From Felis catus (lineage: Eukaryota), in assembly GCF_018350175.1 (NCBI RefSeq), contig NC_058368.1:92444001-92508000 (forward strand): DNA of 64,000 nucleotides, given 5' to 3'. The translations under genes and the position numbers were made by a program. The notes below the pieces were generated by a model that had not been told where the DNA came from, did not search any database, and saw only the letters and a program-made list of their open reading frames with translations. Shown piece after piece: positions 49,520-61,506 of the stretch (its first letter is position 1; the number at the start of each line of letters is the position of its first letter).

Positions 49520-52120
49520 CAGGTAAATGACTTTATGTCTCAAGGAACTTGCAAAAAGAGAGCAAACTAAACTCAGGAGTTAGCAGAAGGAAATAATAAA
49601 GATTAAAGCAGAAATAAGTGAAAGAGGGAATAGGAAGACAAATAGAAAAAGTCAACAGAACTAAGAGGTGGTTATTTTGGGGAAAAGATAAACAAAATTA
49701 ACAAACCTTTAGCTAAGAAAGAGAGTGAGCTAAAATGAATTCAGAAAGGAAAGAGGAGATATTGCAACTGATGTCACAGAAATTAAAAAGGATCCCGAGA
49801 GACTACAGGGAACAATTATACCCCAATAAACTGGATATCCTCTAAGAAATGCGCAAATTGCTAGAAACATCAACCTTCTAAGACTGAATCATGAAGAAAT
49901 AAAGTCTGAACAGATTCATAATAAATAAGGAAATTGATTCAGTGATCCAGAACATCCCAGAAAAGTCCAAGACCAGATGGCTTCACTTGTGAATTCTTCC
50001 AAATATTTTTAGAAGTATTAACATCAGTCCTTCTCAAACTCTTCCAAAAAATTGAAAAGGAGGGAACATCCCAGACTCATTTTACAAGGCCAGCATTATC
50101 TGATACCAAAGCCAGACAAAGACATTACAGGAAGAGAAAACTGCAGGCCAATATTCCTAATGAATATAAATGCAAAATACTAGCTAACAAAAATACTAGT
50201 CATCGTCCACAGAATACTAGCAAACTAAATTCAACAGTACATTAAAAGGATCATACCCCATGACCAGGTGGGATTTATTCCTGGGATTCAAGGATGGTTC
50301 AAATTAGGTAAATCAATAAACACAATATATTACATTAGTAGAATGAAGGATAGGGTGCCCCAGTGGCTCAGTTGGTTAAGTATCCAACTCTTGATCTCAG
50401 CTCAGGTCTTGATATCAGGGTCATGAGTTTGAGCCCCATGTTGGGTTCCATGCTGGGACTGGAGCCTATTAAAAAAAAATAATAATGAAGAATAAAAATC
50501 CATATCTCAATAGATGCGGAGAAAGTAGGTGACAAAATTCAACACCTTTTTATGATAAAAACTCAAAAAAACAAAACAAAACAAACTCAACAATACTGGG
50601 GATACAAGGAAATTATCTCAAATTATAAAGGGTGTATATGAAAGCCTACAGCATGTACTATGGGGAAAGAGCAGTCTCTTTAATAAATGGTGCTGAGAAA
50701 ATTGGACAGCCACATGCAAAAGACTGAATCTGGACTGCTAACTCAAAATGGATTAAAGATTTAAATTGAAGACCTGAGACTATAAAACTTCTGGAAGAAA
50801 CATAGGGCTGAGTTCCTTGGCATCAGTCTTGGCATTGATTTTTTGGGATTTGACACCAGAAGCAAAGGCAACAGAAGCAAAAACAAGCAAGTGGGACTAC
50901 ATCCAACTAAAAATCGTCTACACAACAAAGAAAACCATCAAAAAATGAAGGCAACCTACTGAATGGGAGAAAATATTTGCAATGTACACACCTGATAAGA
51001 GCTTAATATCAAAATATGTAAGGAACACTTACAACTCAATAGCAAAACACCCCTAATAACCTGACTTAAAAATGGGCTAAAGACTTGAATAGATGTTTCT
51101 CCAAAGAAGACATACAAATGGCCAGAAGGTATATGAAAAAATGCTCATTGTCATTAACAATTAAGGAAATGAAAATCAAAATCACAATGAGATATCGCCT
51201 CACACCTGTCAGTGTGGTTGTTATCAAGAATACAAAAGACAACCTGTGTTGGTAAAGATGTGGGAAATTGGAATACTTCCTTGTACACTGTTGGTGGGAA
51301 TGCAAATTAGTGTAGATGCTATGGAAAACAGTTCGGAGTTTCCTCAAAGCGTTAAAAATAGAACTATCATATGATCCAACAGTACCTGTTTTGTTCTCCG
51401 GGGTATTTATGCAAAAGTATTGAAATCAGAATCTTAAAGGGATATTAGCACTCCCATGTTCATTGCATTGAATAGCCAAGAGGTGGAAACAACCTAAATG
51501 TTCGGGAACAGATGAATGGATAGACAAATGTGATAAATATATATTATATTATGCAGATTATAATTATTATATATTATTCAACCTTAAAAAAGAAGGAAAT
51601 TCTGTAATATGTAGCAGTATGGATGAGCACATTATACTGAGTGAAATAAGGCAGTCACAGAAGGACAAATATTGCATGATTGCAACTTACATGAAATATC
51701 TAAAATAGTCCAGCTCATAGAACCAGAGAGTATAATGGTGATTACCAGGAGCTGGAGGAGAAGGAATTTCTAGAAATCTAATATACAATAGTGTGCCATC
51801 ATTAACAACACAGTACTGAACACTTTGTTATTAAAAATTTGTGAAGAGGGTTGGGGTGCCTGGGTGGCTCAGTCCGTTAAGCATCTGACTTCAGCTCAGG
51901 TCGTAATCTCGCGGTTCATGAGTTCAAGCCCCACGTCAGGCTTTGTGCTGACAGCTCAGAGCCTGGAACCTGCTTCAGATTCTGTGTCTCCCTCTCTCTC
52001 TGCCCCCTCCCGCTGCTTGCACTCTGTTTCTCAAAAATGAATAAACATTAAAAAAATTGTTTAAAGGTTAGCTCTCATGTTAAATGTTGGTACCACAATA
52101 AAATAAAAATATAAAAAGTA
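49520..52120 (+). mobile_element. Decayed L1 (partial ORF2 plus 3' UTR) with an internal deletion, interrupted by SINEs at about 50352-50480 and 51853-52056
   Basis: GACCAGATGGCTTCAC, GACCAGGTGGGATTTATTCCTGGGATTCAAGGATGGTTC, ACAATGAGATATCGCCTCACACC; frames are broken. Confidence 0.92.
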
Positions 52121-52125
52121 AGAAG

Positions 52126-52385
52126 GGGGTGCACCTGGGTCGCTCAGTTGGTTAAGCATCTGACTCTTGATTTTGGCTCAGGTCATGATCCCAGGATTGT
52201 AGGATCAATCCTTGTGTTAGGCTCCACGCTGAGCTTGGGATCTGTTTAATATTCTCTCTTTCTCTCTCTCTCTCTGTCCCCCCTCACTCCCCCTCTCTCC
52301 CTTGCTCCCTTTGTCCCTTTCCCCTGGTCGTGCTCTCTCTCTCTCTCTCAAAAAAAAAAAAAAAAAAAAGAAAAGAAACTTAAAA
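52126..52385 (+). mobile_element. CanSINE with an expanded pyrimidine segment
   Basis: Head, long CT/CCCT region and A-tail. Confidence 0.88.
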
Positions 52386-52459
52386 TAAAAAGTAAAAAAG
52401 GTAAAAGAAATGCCCCTGGAACCAGAAGAAGAGAGTCATTCAGCAAAAGCCTTCTTTGT

Positions 52460-52712
52460 GGGGCGCCTGGCTGGTTCAGTTGGTTGGGCGCCTGGGTGGT
52501 TCATTTGGTTGGGTGTCCGGCTTCGGCTCAGGCCATCGTCTCATGGTTCTTGAATTTGAGCCCTGCATTGGGCTCTGTGCTCATAGCTCAGAGCCTGGAG
52601 CCTGCTTCAGATTCTATGTCTACTTCTCTCTCTGCCCCTCCCCTGCTCGTGCGCTGTCTCTCTCTCTCAAAACCAAAAAGAAACCTTACAAAAATTAGAA
52701 AACAAAAAAAGA
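52460..52712 (+). mobile_element. CanSINE with a duplicated 25-bp head
   Basis: GGGCGCCTGG(c/g)TGGTTCA(g/t)TTGGTT twice. Confidence 0.9.
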
Positions 52713-52743
52713 AAAAGCCATATTGTGAGGAGTTGTAACTTTT

Positions 52744-52968
52744 TTTTTTAACTTTTTTTTTTTTTTAACGTTTATTTATTTTTGGGACAGAGAGAGACAG
52801 AGCATGAACGGGGGAGGGGCAGAGAGAGAGGGAGACACAGAATCAGAAGCAGGCTCCAGGCTCTGAGCCATCAGCCCAGAACCTGACGCGGGGCTGGAAC
52901 TCACGGACCGCGAGATCGTGACCTGGCTGAAGTTGGACGCTTAACCAACTGCGCCACCCAGGCGCCCC
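52744..52968 (-). mobile_element. Young SINEC_Fc
   Basis: Young-subfamily variants, perfect TSD GAGGAGTTGTAACTTTT. Confidence 0.95.
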
Positions 52969-53114
52969 AGAGGAGTTGTAACTTTTAGTTCTACCCTACA
53001 AGGAGGAAGAAGGAAGATACCTATTCCAGTGTGACTTTCCTCCCTGAATATCACCTCCTGCTGGGACCCTCTATTTGCTAAGTCCAACCAGTAACAAAGA
53101 ACCCGGCTACAGGT

Positions 53115-53171
53115 ACCCAACTCTCTGCTCCAAGAGGTAGGCTCTCTACCTCTTGGAGCAGAGAGTTGGGT
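53115..53171. repeat. Perfect 26-bp inverted repeat with a 5-nt spacer
   Basis: ACCCAACTCTCTGCTCCAAGAGGTAG-gctct-CTACCTCTTGGAGCAGAGAGTTGGGT. Confidence 0.97.
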
Positions 53172-53669
53172 GGAGAAAGTTGAAGAGGGGACTTAAAATG
53201 GCAAATGGAAGATACACAGCCCAAGTAGGGCCTCTCAGTAAGGTAGGCTTGTTTGGATAATCTTTACATCTTTGTCACCCCAGGCAGCTTATTGTAGGAA
53301 GGTGCTCACACAGATGGATTGAAATCAAAGACCAGCCTTCTGGCTGGGGTGGTATCCTCTCTAGGGTTTCTTTTGGGGGGCTGGACTAGTTGAACTGAAT
53401 CTGACTCCACTCATCCGGTGAAGGACGCTGGGTCAGCCGGTTATATGAGGCCAAGGGGGATGAGATGAAGTCAATCTTGTTGAAGAAAAAAGACCATTAG
53501 TTAACACGGTGGTTATGTAAACATCCTTTGTTCAAATGGAGTTCCACCTTGAGTTCCAGGTCTTCACATGTGAAGGTGGAGCTGCTTGGGATAAAGAGGA
53601 AAGGAAGTATGGAGGCCTCCAGGAATTTGGGGCTGGAGTTTTGAGGACAGTTTTAAAACAGTGAGCCCA

Positions 53670-53872
53670 TTAATTAATTAATTAATTAACTAAGAGAACA
53701 TGTATGCATGAGCAGAGGAGAGGCAGAGAGTGAGGGAGACAGAGAATCCCAAGTAGGCTCCACACTGTCAGCACAGAGCCTGACACGGGGCTCGATCTCA
53801 CGAACTGTGAGATCATGACCTGAGGTGAAACCAAGAGTTGGATGCTTAAGTGCCTGAGCCATCCAGGTGCCC
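53670..53872 (-). mobile_element. CanSINE with a (TAAT)n tail
   Basis: SINE body; the tail has become ATTA repeats. Confidence 0.88.
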
Positions 53873-54855
53873 TAAGTGGGTCCTTTTAAAGGCTCTCCCC
53901 ATGCACACAGGAAAACCAAGAACCAGTGAGTGGAAGTCTAGTGCTCAAGGTCAAACAAGGAGCTAGTAGCTGCAACATGTCCAAAGCCAGGTCTCCTCAC
54001 TCCCAGTCTCACGGTCTTCCCATCTTTCCTTGCTGCTGTATCATAGCCCGGACTGTTTTTACTTTTAATTGCACATGTTCTCTATGCATAGGCTGCCTGC
54101 AGGATATATTTACTCCTTGTGCTGCTAAAGGAGGAGAACTGCCTATGTTCTTTGCTCATAGATGTCAAGGGGAATGGATCCCCTACTTCCTTGAGGTTGT
54201 GTATGGTTACTATGGGCATGGCAGCCTTCGACATGGTGTCCTTACAGGGTGATGTTGGCTTGTAATTGCCACATTTTTCCTCATAGTAATTCTCTTAATT
54301 ATATTTTCTGGGGCTTGACTCACTGTGACATTAGCTGTCCATTTGTCATCTTAATTTTGCAGGTTTTTTTAGAGAGATGCTACTGTGAGATCCTGGTGCT
54401 TCTCCAGAGGGCTCGACAGAGTTCCCGGAGGCAGGTGCACAGCCAGGTCTCTGTGTACCTGAAGATTTCGTGGGTGGCCTCCCAGAGGAAGTGGAACTGC
54501 TCCCCTGTATCTTCACACTTTGAAATACTACTTTTTAAGAACGAAATGGCTAGACTTCCCCAACTTAAGATGAACCAAAATAGTGCTTTTAGAGCAACAA
54601 TTTATTGAAACCAAATCCTGGGGTACCATATTAATTTGTACTATTTTCAAGCCAAAAGAAAGTATTGGTATTTATTTCTATTATTTATTATTTTATTATT
54701 AACATGATCAATGAGACTTTTGTATTAAGCTAATATCTTAATAAATGAAAGAATAAAAAACCATAGTTTCATTCATAGTCTTTTATATTTCTGTCTGTAG
54801 TTGAAAATGAAAGTTGATAATTTTTCCCCCTCACTCAGGAAATCCCTCTTAGCAT

Positions 54856-55049
54856 TTTTTTTTCCCCCTGAGAGAGACAGAGTATAAGCAGGGGAGGGGG
54901 CAGAGAGAGAGGGAGATGCAGAATCTGAAGCAGGCTCCAGGCTCCCAGCTGTCAGCACAGAGCCCGGTGTGGGGCTTGAACTCATGAACCATGAGATCAT
55001 GACCTGGGCCAAAGTCAGATGCTTAACCAACAGAGCCACCCAGGCACCT
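54856..55049 (-). mobile_element. CanSINE
   Basis: TSD CTCTTAGCATT. Confidence 0.92.
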
Positions 55050-55590
55050 CTCTCTTAGCATTGTTAATCTAGACATGTCTTCGTGCAAAGCGGGCATAAG
55101 ATATACAATTGTTGTGGTGCCTTTTTCTTCTATCTTCTGAAAAGGGAATCTCTCAGGGATTGTAACTTCATGTGTCCTTGTCGTTTATCCTGTCTAACCC
55201 CAGGAAGAAGAGTAAAGTGCTCAGGGTCACATTGCAGATGACCTTGAATCTCCAGAGTCTTCTAGGAATGCTAGCAAAGAATCTTAAATCTTTTTTGTCT
55301 TAAATCTTTTTTAATCTCTTCGAAAGGAAATCATTGTCAATGTATGCACTCTGGCATTTTACCCATTTACTGATTCAACAAATATTTTCTCAGGGCCCAT
55401 TAGAGGTCAGACACTGTGCTAGATGCCAGCCACATAGCAGAGCAAGATGATGTGAGATTGACTACCGAGACAATCTAACAGACTATTACTCAGGATAGAC
55501 TAAACTACGTTCTGCTGAAAAACCCCAAGGTTACCATGGCTGAACACAACAAGGGTTTATTTCTCACTCATGTTAAAATCTTACAATTCA

Positions 55591-55800
55591 AGGGGTGCCT
55601 GGGTGGTTCAGTCCATTAAGCGTCCAACTTCAGTTCAGGTGATGATCTCATGGTTCGTGAGTTTGAGCCCTGCGTCTGGCTCTGTGCTGACAGCTCGGAC
55701 CCTGGAGCCTGCTTCAGATTCTGTGTCTCCCTCTCTCCCTGCCGCTACCTGCTCTCACTGTCTCTCTCAAAAATAATAAACAAAAATAAATAAATAAATT
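55591..55800 (+). mobile_element. CanSINE inside a probable old MLT1 relic (about 55475-56010)
   Basis: TSD CTTACAATTC; the flank ACAACAAGGGTTTATTTCTCACTCATG is MLT1-like. Confidence 0.85.
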
Positions 55801-56019
55801 GTAACACCTTACAATTCTACTATCATGAAGGTCTTTGCTTTCAGCTACATTAATGAGAGCATATGGCGAAGTTTCTATTAAAGACCAGAGCATGTCATAC
55901 CTCCCAGCCAGTGGACTGAAGCTAGTTACCAAACTCTATTCTACAGCAAGAAAGTCTGGAAAAATGTGGAGGGAACTTGGAATATGTAGTAGGTGATATA
56001 GTCTTTGCCACACTCTGTG

Positions 56020-56597
56020 TAGGGATCAAGAGCCACTTCTCTGAAGAAGAGACATTTATTTAAGCTAATACATTAAGCAAGAGTGAGCGTAGTCAAAAGA
56101 AATAGGCAGAAAAGCATTTCAGGCAGAAGGAGCTACGTATACAGAGGCTGTGAGGTGGAAAAGAGCCTGATTCATTAGAGGCACTGAACAATGTCCAGTG
56201 TAGCTGTAATGTGGAACGAAAGAAGCAGGGTCGGGGGAGCTCATGTTAGGGAATGGACATAAGCCAGATTAGGCAGGACCATATCATACTGGTGATGTTC
56301 AAGATTTTGGATCTTCTAGACTAAATGTAATAGAAATCCATTTAAGGGTTTTAAGCAAGGGAGTGACATTGTGACTGTGTTTAAAAATATCACCCTGCCC
56401 TCAAGGAGAAGGATTTATTGGAGAGGATAGGAATAGGTCTGGGAGAGGCACCTGGGTGGCTCAGTCAGTTGATCATCCAACTCTTAATTTTGGCTAAGGT
56501 CATGATCTCAGGGTCTTGGGGTTGAGCCCTTCATTGGGCTCCATGCTGGGCATGGGGTCTGCTTAAGATTCCCTCTCTCCCCCTCTGCCCCCGCTCT

Positions 56598-56641
<44 letters not shown>

Positions 56642-57370
56642 TCTGGTAGACCAGTTAGAAGGTTTTCCAGAAGTCCAGGGGAGAGGAGACCATGGCTGAG
56701 GTCAAGGACAGAGCAAGGAAAGTGGAGAGAAATAGATGTATTTGAGAAATCTAGGAAGTAGAATTAACAGAAGTGGGTGACTAATTAGTTGTAGGGGTGA
56801 AGGGAAGAAGGGGTCGGCCATGGTTCTAGGTTTCTTGCAAGAGCATTTCTGGAGCCCGGACATGTTGGAAGATGTTGGAAGCACAGCTTGCAGATTTGCC
56901 AGATGCAGGGGTGCGCTGTGGGGAAAGTGGTGACACCTTCAGTCTGAGACACGTAGAGTTGGGGTTGCTTGCTGGATATCTAAATGGAGCTGTCAACAGT
57001 TGGTTATATTTTTATGGGGCATTAAATAAAAGTCTGGACTGAAATTATGCATTGGAAGCCCTTGGCTCATATGTGGTAATTAAAACCATAGAAGGGAGGG
57101 CTTCAAAGAAGAGAAGAGCAGGCGGCCCAAGATGGACTTTGAGAAACTCAAGGAGTCAAAATTTACAAGAAGAGTTGGAGGTGTGGGTGACAAAGAACAA
57201 GAAGGAATAGAGGAGGGAGAAGAGAGAAAGCTAGAGTATGCAAGGGAAGGGAAGAGCTATTTCAAAGAAGGATTCCTTTGGGCATGGCTGATGAGGGGTC
57301 AAATAAGATGAAGTCAGAAAGTGTCATTAGATTGGGCACATGGATGTCCTTAGTGACTGGGCCAGAACAA
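56020..57370. mobile_element. L2 relic split by a CanSINE (56446-56639, +, A41 tail)
   Basis: GCATTTCAGGCAGAAGG, GGGTTTTAAGCAAGGGAGTGACAT, GAGAAATAGATGTATTTGAGAAAT are typical L2 motifs. Confidence 0.75.
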
Positions 57371-57747
57371 GAGTAGCTTTCCTGGACCATCACTGTGCTT
57401 TTAGGTTTGCAGTTAAATTACAGCCCTGTTTGGCAGTTTCCCTGAGCAACAACTCTAACAACTGGATTTTTTTTTTTTAATATTTCAGGATTTTTTTTAT
57501 AGAACAGAACACTGACAGAATTGAGCACTTAACTGTTTCAGCACGCAGCAGATGCATACAATTGATAGAGAGTTCCAACGCTGAGCATTAATGAACAATG
57601 ACATTCTCAAGAAGGTTTCAAAATGAGTGTGCAATTGGGACAACTGTGATCTAAAAGTGAAGCTGTGTATATCTTCTTAGTGTGCCTTCTTATTGGTTCT
57701 GAACTTCTTGTCTCCAGTTTGCTTTTTTATTTAAAAATGGCAGTCAT

Positions 57748-57940
57748 GGGGCACCTGGGTGGCTCAGTCGGCCCAGGTCATGATCTCGCGGTCCGTGAGT
57801 TCAAGCCCCACGTCGGGCTCTGTGCTGACAGCTCAGAGCCCGGAGCCTGTTTCAGATTCTGTGTCTCCCTCTCTCTGGCCCTCCCCCATTCATGCTTTGT
57901 CTCTCTCTGTCTCAAAAATAAATAAACGCTAAAAAAAAAA
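57748..57940 (+). mobile_element. SINEC_Fc-type SINE with a head deletion
   Basis: TSD AAAAATGGCAGTC(a/g)T. Confidence 0.92.
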
Positions 57941-58611
57941 AAAATGGCAGTCGTGGGCTTCTGTCATTCTTTGATGGGGTTCTCTGGAGATGGGAGGTCA
58001 TCATGTATCTCTAAGAGATGTCACTGGTAGAGGATTCTCTTGCAGTTTTTTTCCAGCCTCCAGAAAGCTTTTCTATATTGTTGAGCTGTTTCTCTGTGCA
58101 TAGGTACAGCCCTTCCAATGGATACGAGAGATTTTAGATAGACTGTATGGATGTCAGGACAACAAGGAGGAGTGGGAGAGGTGGATTACACTGCAGGAAA
58201 GGAAGACAAAACTGGGTATCCATGTTGCTGCTTCTGGAGTCTGTCCGTGCACAGCACACGGGCCCCCTTCTGATCATTTTCCTTCTTGCTCCTGGACTTC
58301 AGGCATGTTGTTGGAGGCCATTGGTCTCTTGCGCACTTTCTCATCTCTAATTTTGGGGTCTCGAGAGGCCCCCACCTTCTTCCTTATTTGCCTTATAAGG
58401 AAGCAATAAACAATCCATGTCCAGATTGTGAGCTTTTTACACTTTAAGTGTGGTTGCTTGTTGACTTAACTGTGGTTCCAGAATAGCATTTGTTTTCCTT
58501 TGCAGAGTAAAGCACATCTAGATGTTCTGTTTTGGCTTTTTTTTTTTTTTTTTTTTATCAATACAGCCCTGACTCTTAAAAGAATGAATTATTCTTAAAG
58601 ACTTTGAAGGT

Positions 58612-58836
58612 TCTGAGCCTGGGTGGCTCAGTTGGTTACGCATCTGACTTTGGCTCAGGTCATGATCTCACAGTTTGTGGGTTCGAGCCCCATGTCGGGC
58701 TCTGTGCTGACAGCACAGAGCCTGGAGACTGCTTCAGATTCTGTGTCTGCCTCTCTCTCTGCCCCCGCCCCCAATCATGTTCTCTCTTTCTCTCAAAAAT
58801 AAAATAAAAACATTTAAAAAAAAAAAAAAAAAAAAA
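58612..58836 (+). mobile_element. CanSINE
   Basis: TSD AAAGACTTTGAAGGT. Confidence 0.93.
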
Positions 58837-59405
58837 AAGACTTTGAAGGTCCCAAACCAAATTACTAAGTGGAGTCAAATACTTGACACTTGCCTTCCCT
58901 AAATCAGTTTCTGCCGGTTTTAGCTAGTGGAAAGTTTGTTTCCCCAAATTGCCAAAAGTTAAATTTCTCCCCCTTACATTAATATTCCTGATATCATACA
59001 ATCTACATTACAGTGGTGCTTGGTAGAGGAGGATATGCAGACAAAAGCATATTCACACAAAAGCTTCTAGAAGAACCTGGGGAGGAATTAAAGAGAGTGA
59101 ACTTCACTTCCGATCTGCCATATCCATGGACCCTCGGGTCCTGTTGATGTTGCCTCCTCGATGTCTCTCAAATATGCCTCTTCTGTCAGTTCTGCCCATT
59201 ACCTGCCCATTACAAACAGTCTCTGCTGTTTTTGTATTCCCAGCTTCTAACGAAGACTGGCAAATAGGAGGTGTTCATTCAAAGACTCATGAAAGTACTC
59301 ATCACAGTACCCATGATTGGTTGGGTGGAAGAATGAATGAGAAAGGACTCTTGATTTTAGCTCAGATCATCTCATGGTTCATGAGATCAAACCCTGTGTC
59401 AGGCT

Positions 59406-59450
59406 CCTAGAAATTTGAACCTAGAAATTTGAGGGATCCTAGAAATTTGA
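59406..59450. repeat. Three copies of CCTAGAAATTTGA next to a SINE fragment (about 59345-59407)
   Basis: Copies at 59406, 59420 and 59438. Confidence 0.9.
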
Positions 59451-59749
59451 GGATGGAATCCTATGTAAATGGGACTGGAGAGACTATTGTGGTTGTTGTT
59501 GTTTTATCGGAAAACTGGAAGAGAGAGTAAGGGAAGTAAACGGAGGGCTCAAAAGAACAAAGTGAATTTGAAAAAGGTAGAATCTGAAGACTGCAATGAA
59601 TTTTTACACATCAACTAGGCAGAGAGGTGTAGTGTGGTTCAAGTTCCTGTGTGAAGACAGCAAATTTGTCTTTATTTACAAGCTAAGCTTGAGCCATTAT
59701 CAGGATGAGGGAATAAGAACCAGCACCATTGTGTATCAGATGCTCACTA

Positions 59750-60000
59750 GTACCTAGCATAATACTAAGCCTGTCGTGAACATCACCGTGCCTGTCAGGA
59801 TGATATTGATGAACATCAACATCATTAGTCCTTATACCAAATGTATACAGGCAGAGAATATTATCCTCATTTTTACAAAGGGAGAAATTGAGATTTGGAG
59901 AAATTAACTAACTTCCCCAGGGTGACTTGGGATGAAGTTGGAATTCGAACCCAGATCTGTCTGAATCTAGGTATTGTGCTATTAGCCTCTGTGCTGTGTT
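59750..60000 (-). mobile_element. MIR
   Basis: ATTATCCTCATTTTTACAAAGGGAGAAATTGAG...AACTTCCCCAGGGTGAC...GGAATTCGAACCCAGATCTGTCTGA. Confidence 0.8.
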
Positions 60001-60017
60001 GTGCAGAAATACAGTTC

Positions 60018-60225
60018 AGGGTCACCTGGGTGGTGCAGTCGGTTGAGCGTCCGACTCTTGGTTTTGGCTCAGGTCGTGATCACACATTAGTGGGTTTGAA
60101 CCTCGCATTGGGCTCTGTGCTGATAGCACACAGCCTGCTTGGGATTTTTTCTCTCTCCCTCTGCCTCTCTCTCCCACGCGCGTGCTCTCTCTCCAAATAA
60201 ATAAATAAACTTAAAAAAAAAAAAA
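60018..60225 (+). mobile_element. CanSINE followed by a short L1 3' tail (about 60240-60337)
   Basis: TSD AGA(a/g)ATACAGTTCA. Confidence 0.9.
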
Positions 60226-60730
60226 AGAGATACAGTTCATACACAGCATAAGGTGTAGAGATGTTGAATCATATGTTAAGTACCCAAAACTAATGTAACA
60301 TTGTGTGTCAACTACAGTAAAATAAAAAATAAATAAATACTGCTCATATGTTGTATCTCCCTCATTTTAGTGTGGCTGGATAATCTCGTTTGCAAGAAGG
60401 AAGCAGTATGAAGGCAGGAGTATAAGCTTAAAGGACAATGAAAAATCCAGGGAGAGGGGCTTCATCCTGACTTATTGCACAATTTTGCCTAGGGTTGCTG
60501 TAATTATCCCGGAGTGTGGGCTAAGATTTTTGATGGTAATTATATATCAGGTACACACTTAATTCTCCCCTAAATTCATTTCTTAGACGAAGAAGCTAAG
60601 GTTTAGGGAGCTTCCTTGTATAGATTCATGTAGCTAATACCCTAACTGGGATCCAGCCCCCAGCCTGTCAGTCTTGAGGCCACGTTCTTGCTGTAACTAC
60701 AAAGTGACGTTTTGTGAGATAGCCAACATT

Positions 60731-61303
60731 TATTAGGCAGTTAGGCATGAATGAGGAGAGATGAGGCAGGTGATGGCCACACCCTCAGGCCACCCCCTGA
60801 GGGTTACAGTCACACCTTCAGAGCCACATCTGAGGGCTAACCAGACAGGAAAGGCTAAGTAGCCACAGAGCTGGCTCAAAAGCCACCAGGGGACTTCCAA
60901 GAGCTGAGCCAATGCGCACAAAGGGTGCAAGTAAGCCCTTAAATACCTTTGAAGGTCACAACAGAAGCTCATTTGACACTCATAAGAATACAGCACACGA
61001 GTACATCCAGTTATAACAGAATGCATCATGGGTAGGCTCATGCGTGAAGCCAAACTATGAAAAAACCACCAGCTGCCAAGTAAAAATGTCAACCAAAGCC
61101 AGGTTTATGTGTACACAAAGCAGACTTAAAAGAATGCAGGTGGAGCTTCTTGGGGTCACCGTCATTCCTGCTCCAGCAGTGCATCCGTTTTCAGTCTTGC
61201 AAAGTGTACTGTACTTACCTACTCAAACTCTGTCTCGCCATTCTGGTCTTGGGTCTCCAATTCTTTGCTGAATCTAGGCCAAGAACCCAGCAACCTCTTA
61301 ACA
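60731..61303 (+). mobile_element. Probable solo LTR (ERV1-like)
   Basis: Ends in AATTCTTTGCTG..GCCAAGAACCC..TAACA, an LTR-like U5. Starts TATTA (degenerate TGTTA), with CATT/GATT flanks. Confidence 0.55.
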
Positions 61304-61315
61304 GATTCATAATAT

Positions 61316-61506
61316 ATATTTAAGTTTATTTATTTTTAGAGAGAGAGAGAGAGAGGCAGAGAAAGGGGAGAGAGAGAGAATCCCAAGCAGGCTTCGCAGT
61401 GTCAGCATGGAGCCTGACGCAGGGTTTGATCTCACGAACCATGAGATCATGATCTGAGCTGAAATCAAGAGTTGGATGCTTAACCGACTGAGCCACCCAG
61501 GCACCC
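61316..61506 (-). mobile_element. CanSINE
   Basis: TSD GATTCATAATAT. Confidence 0.92.
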
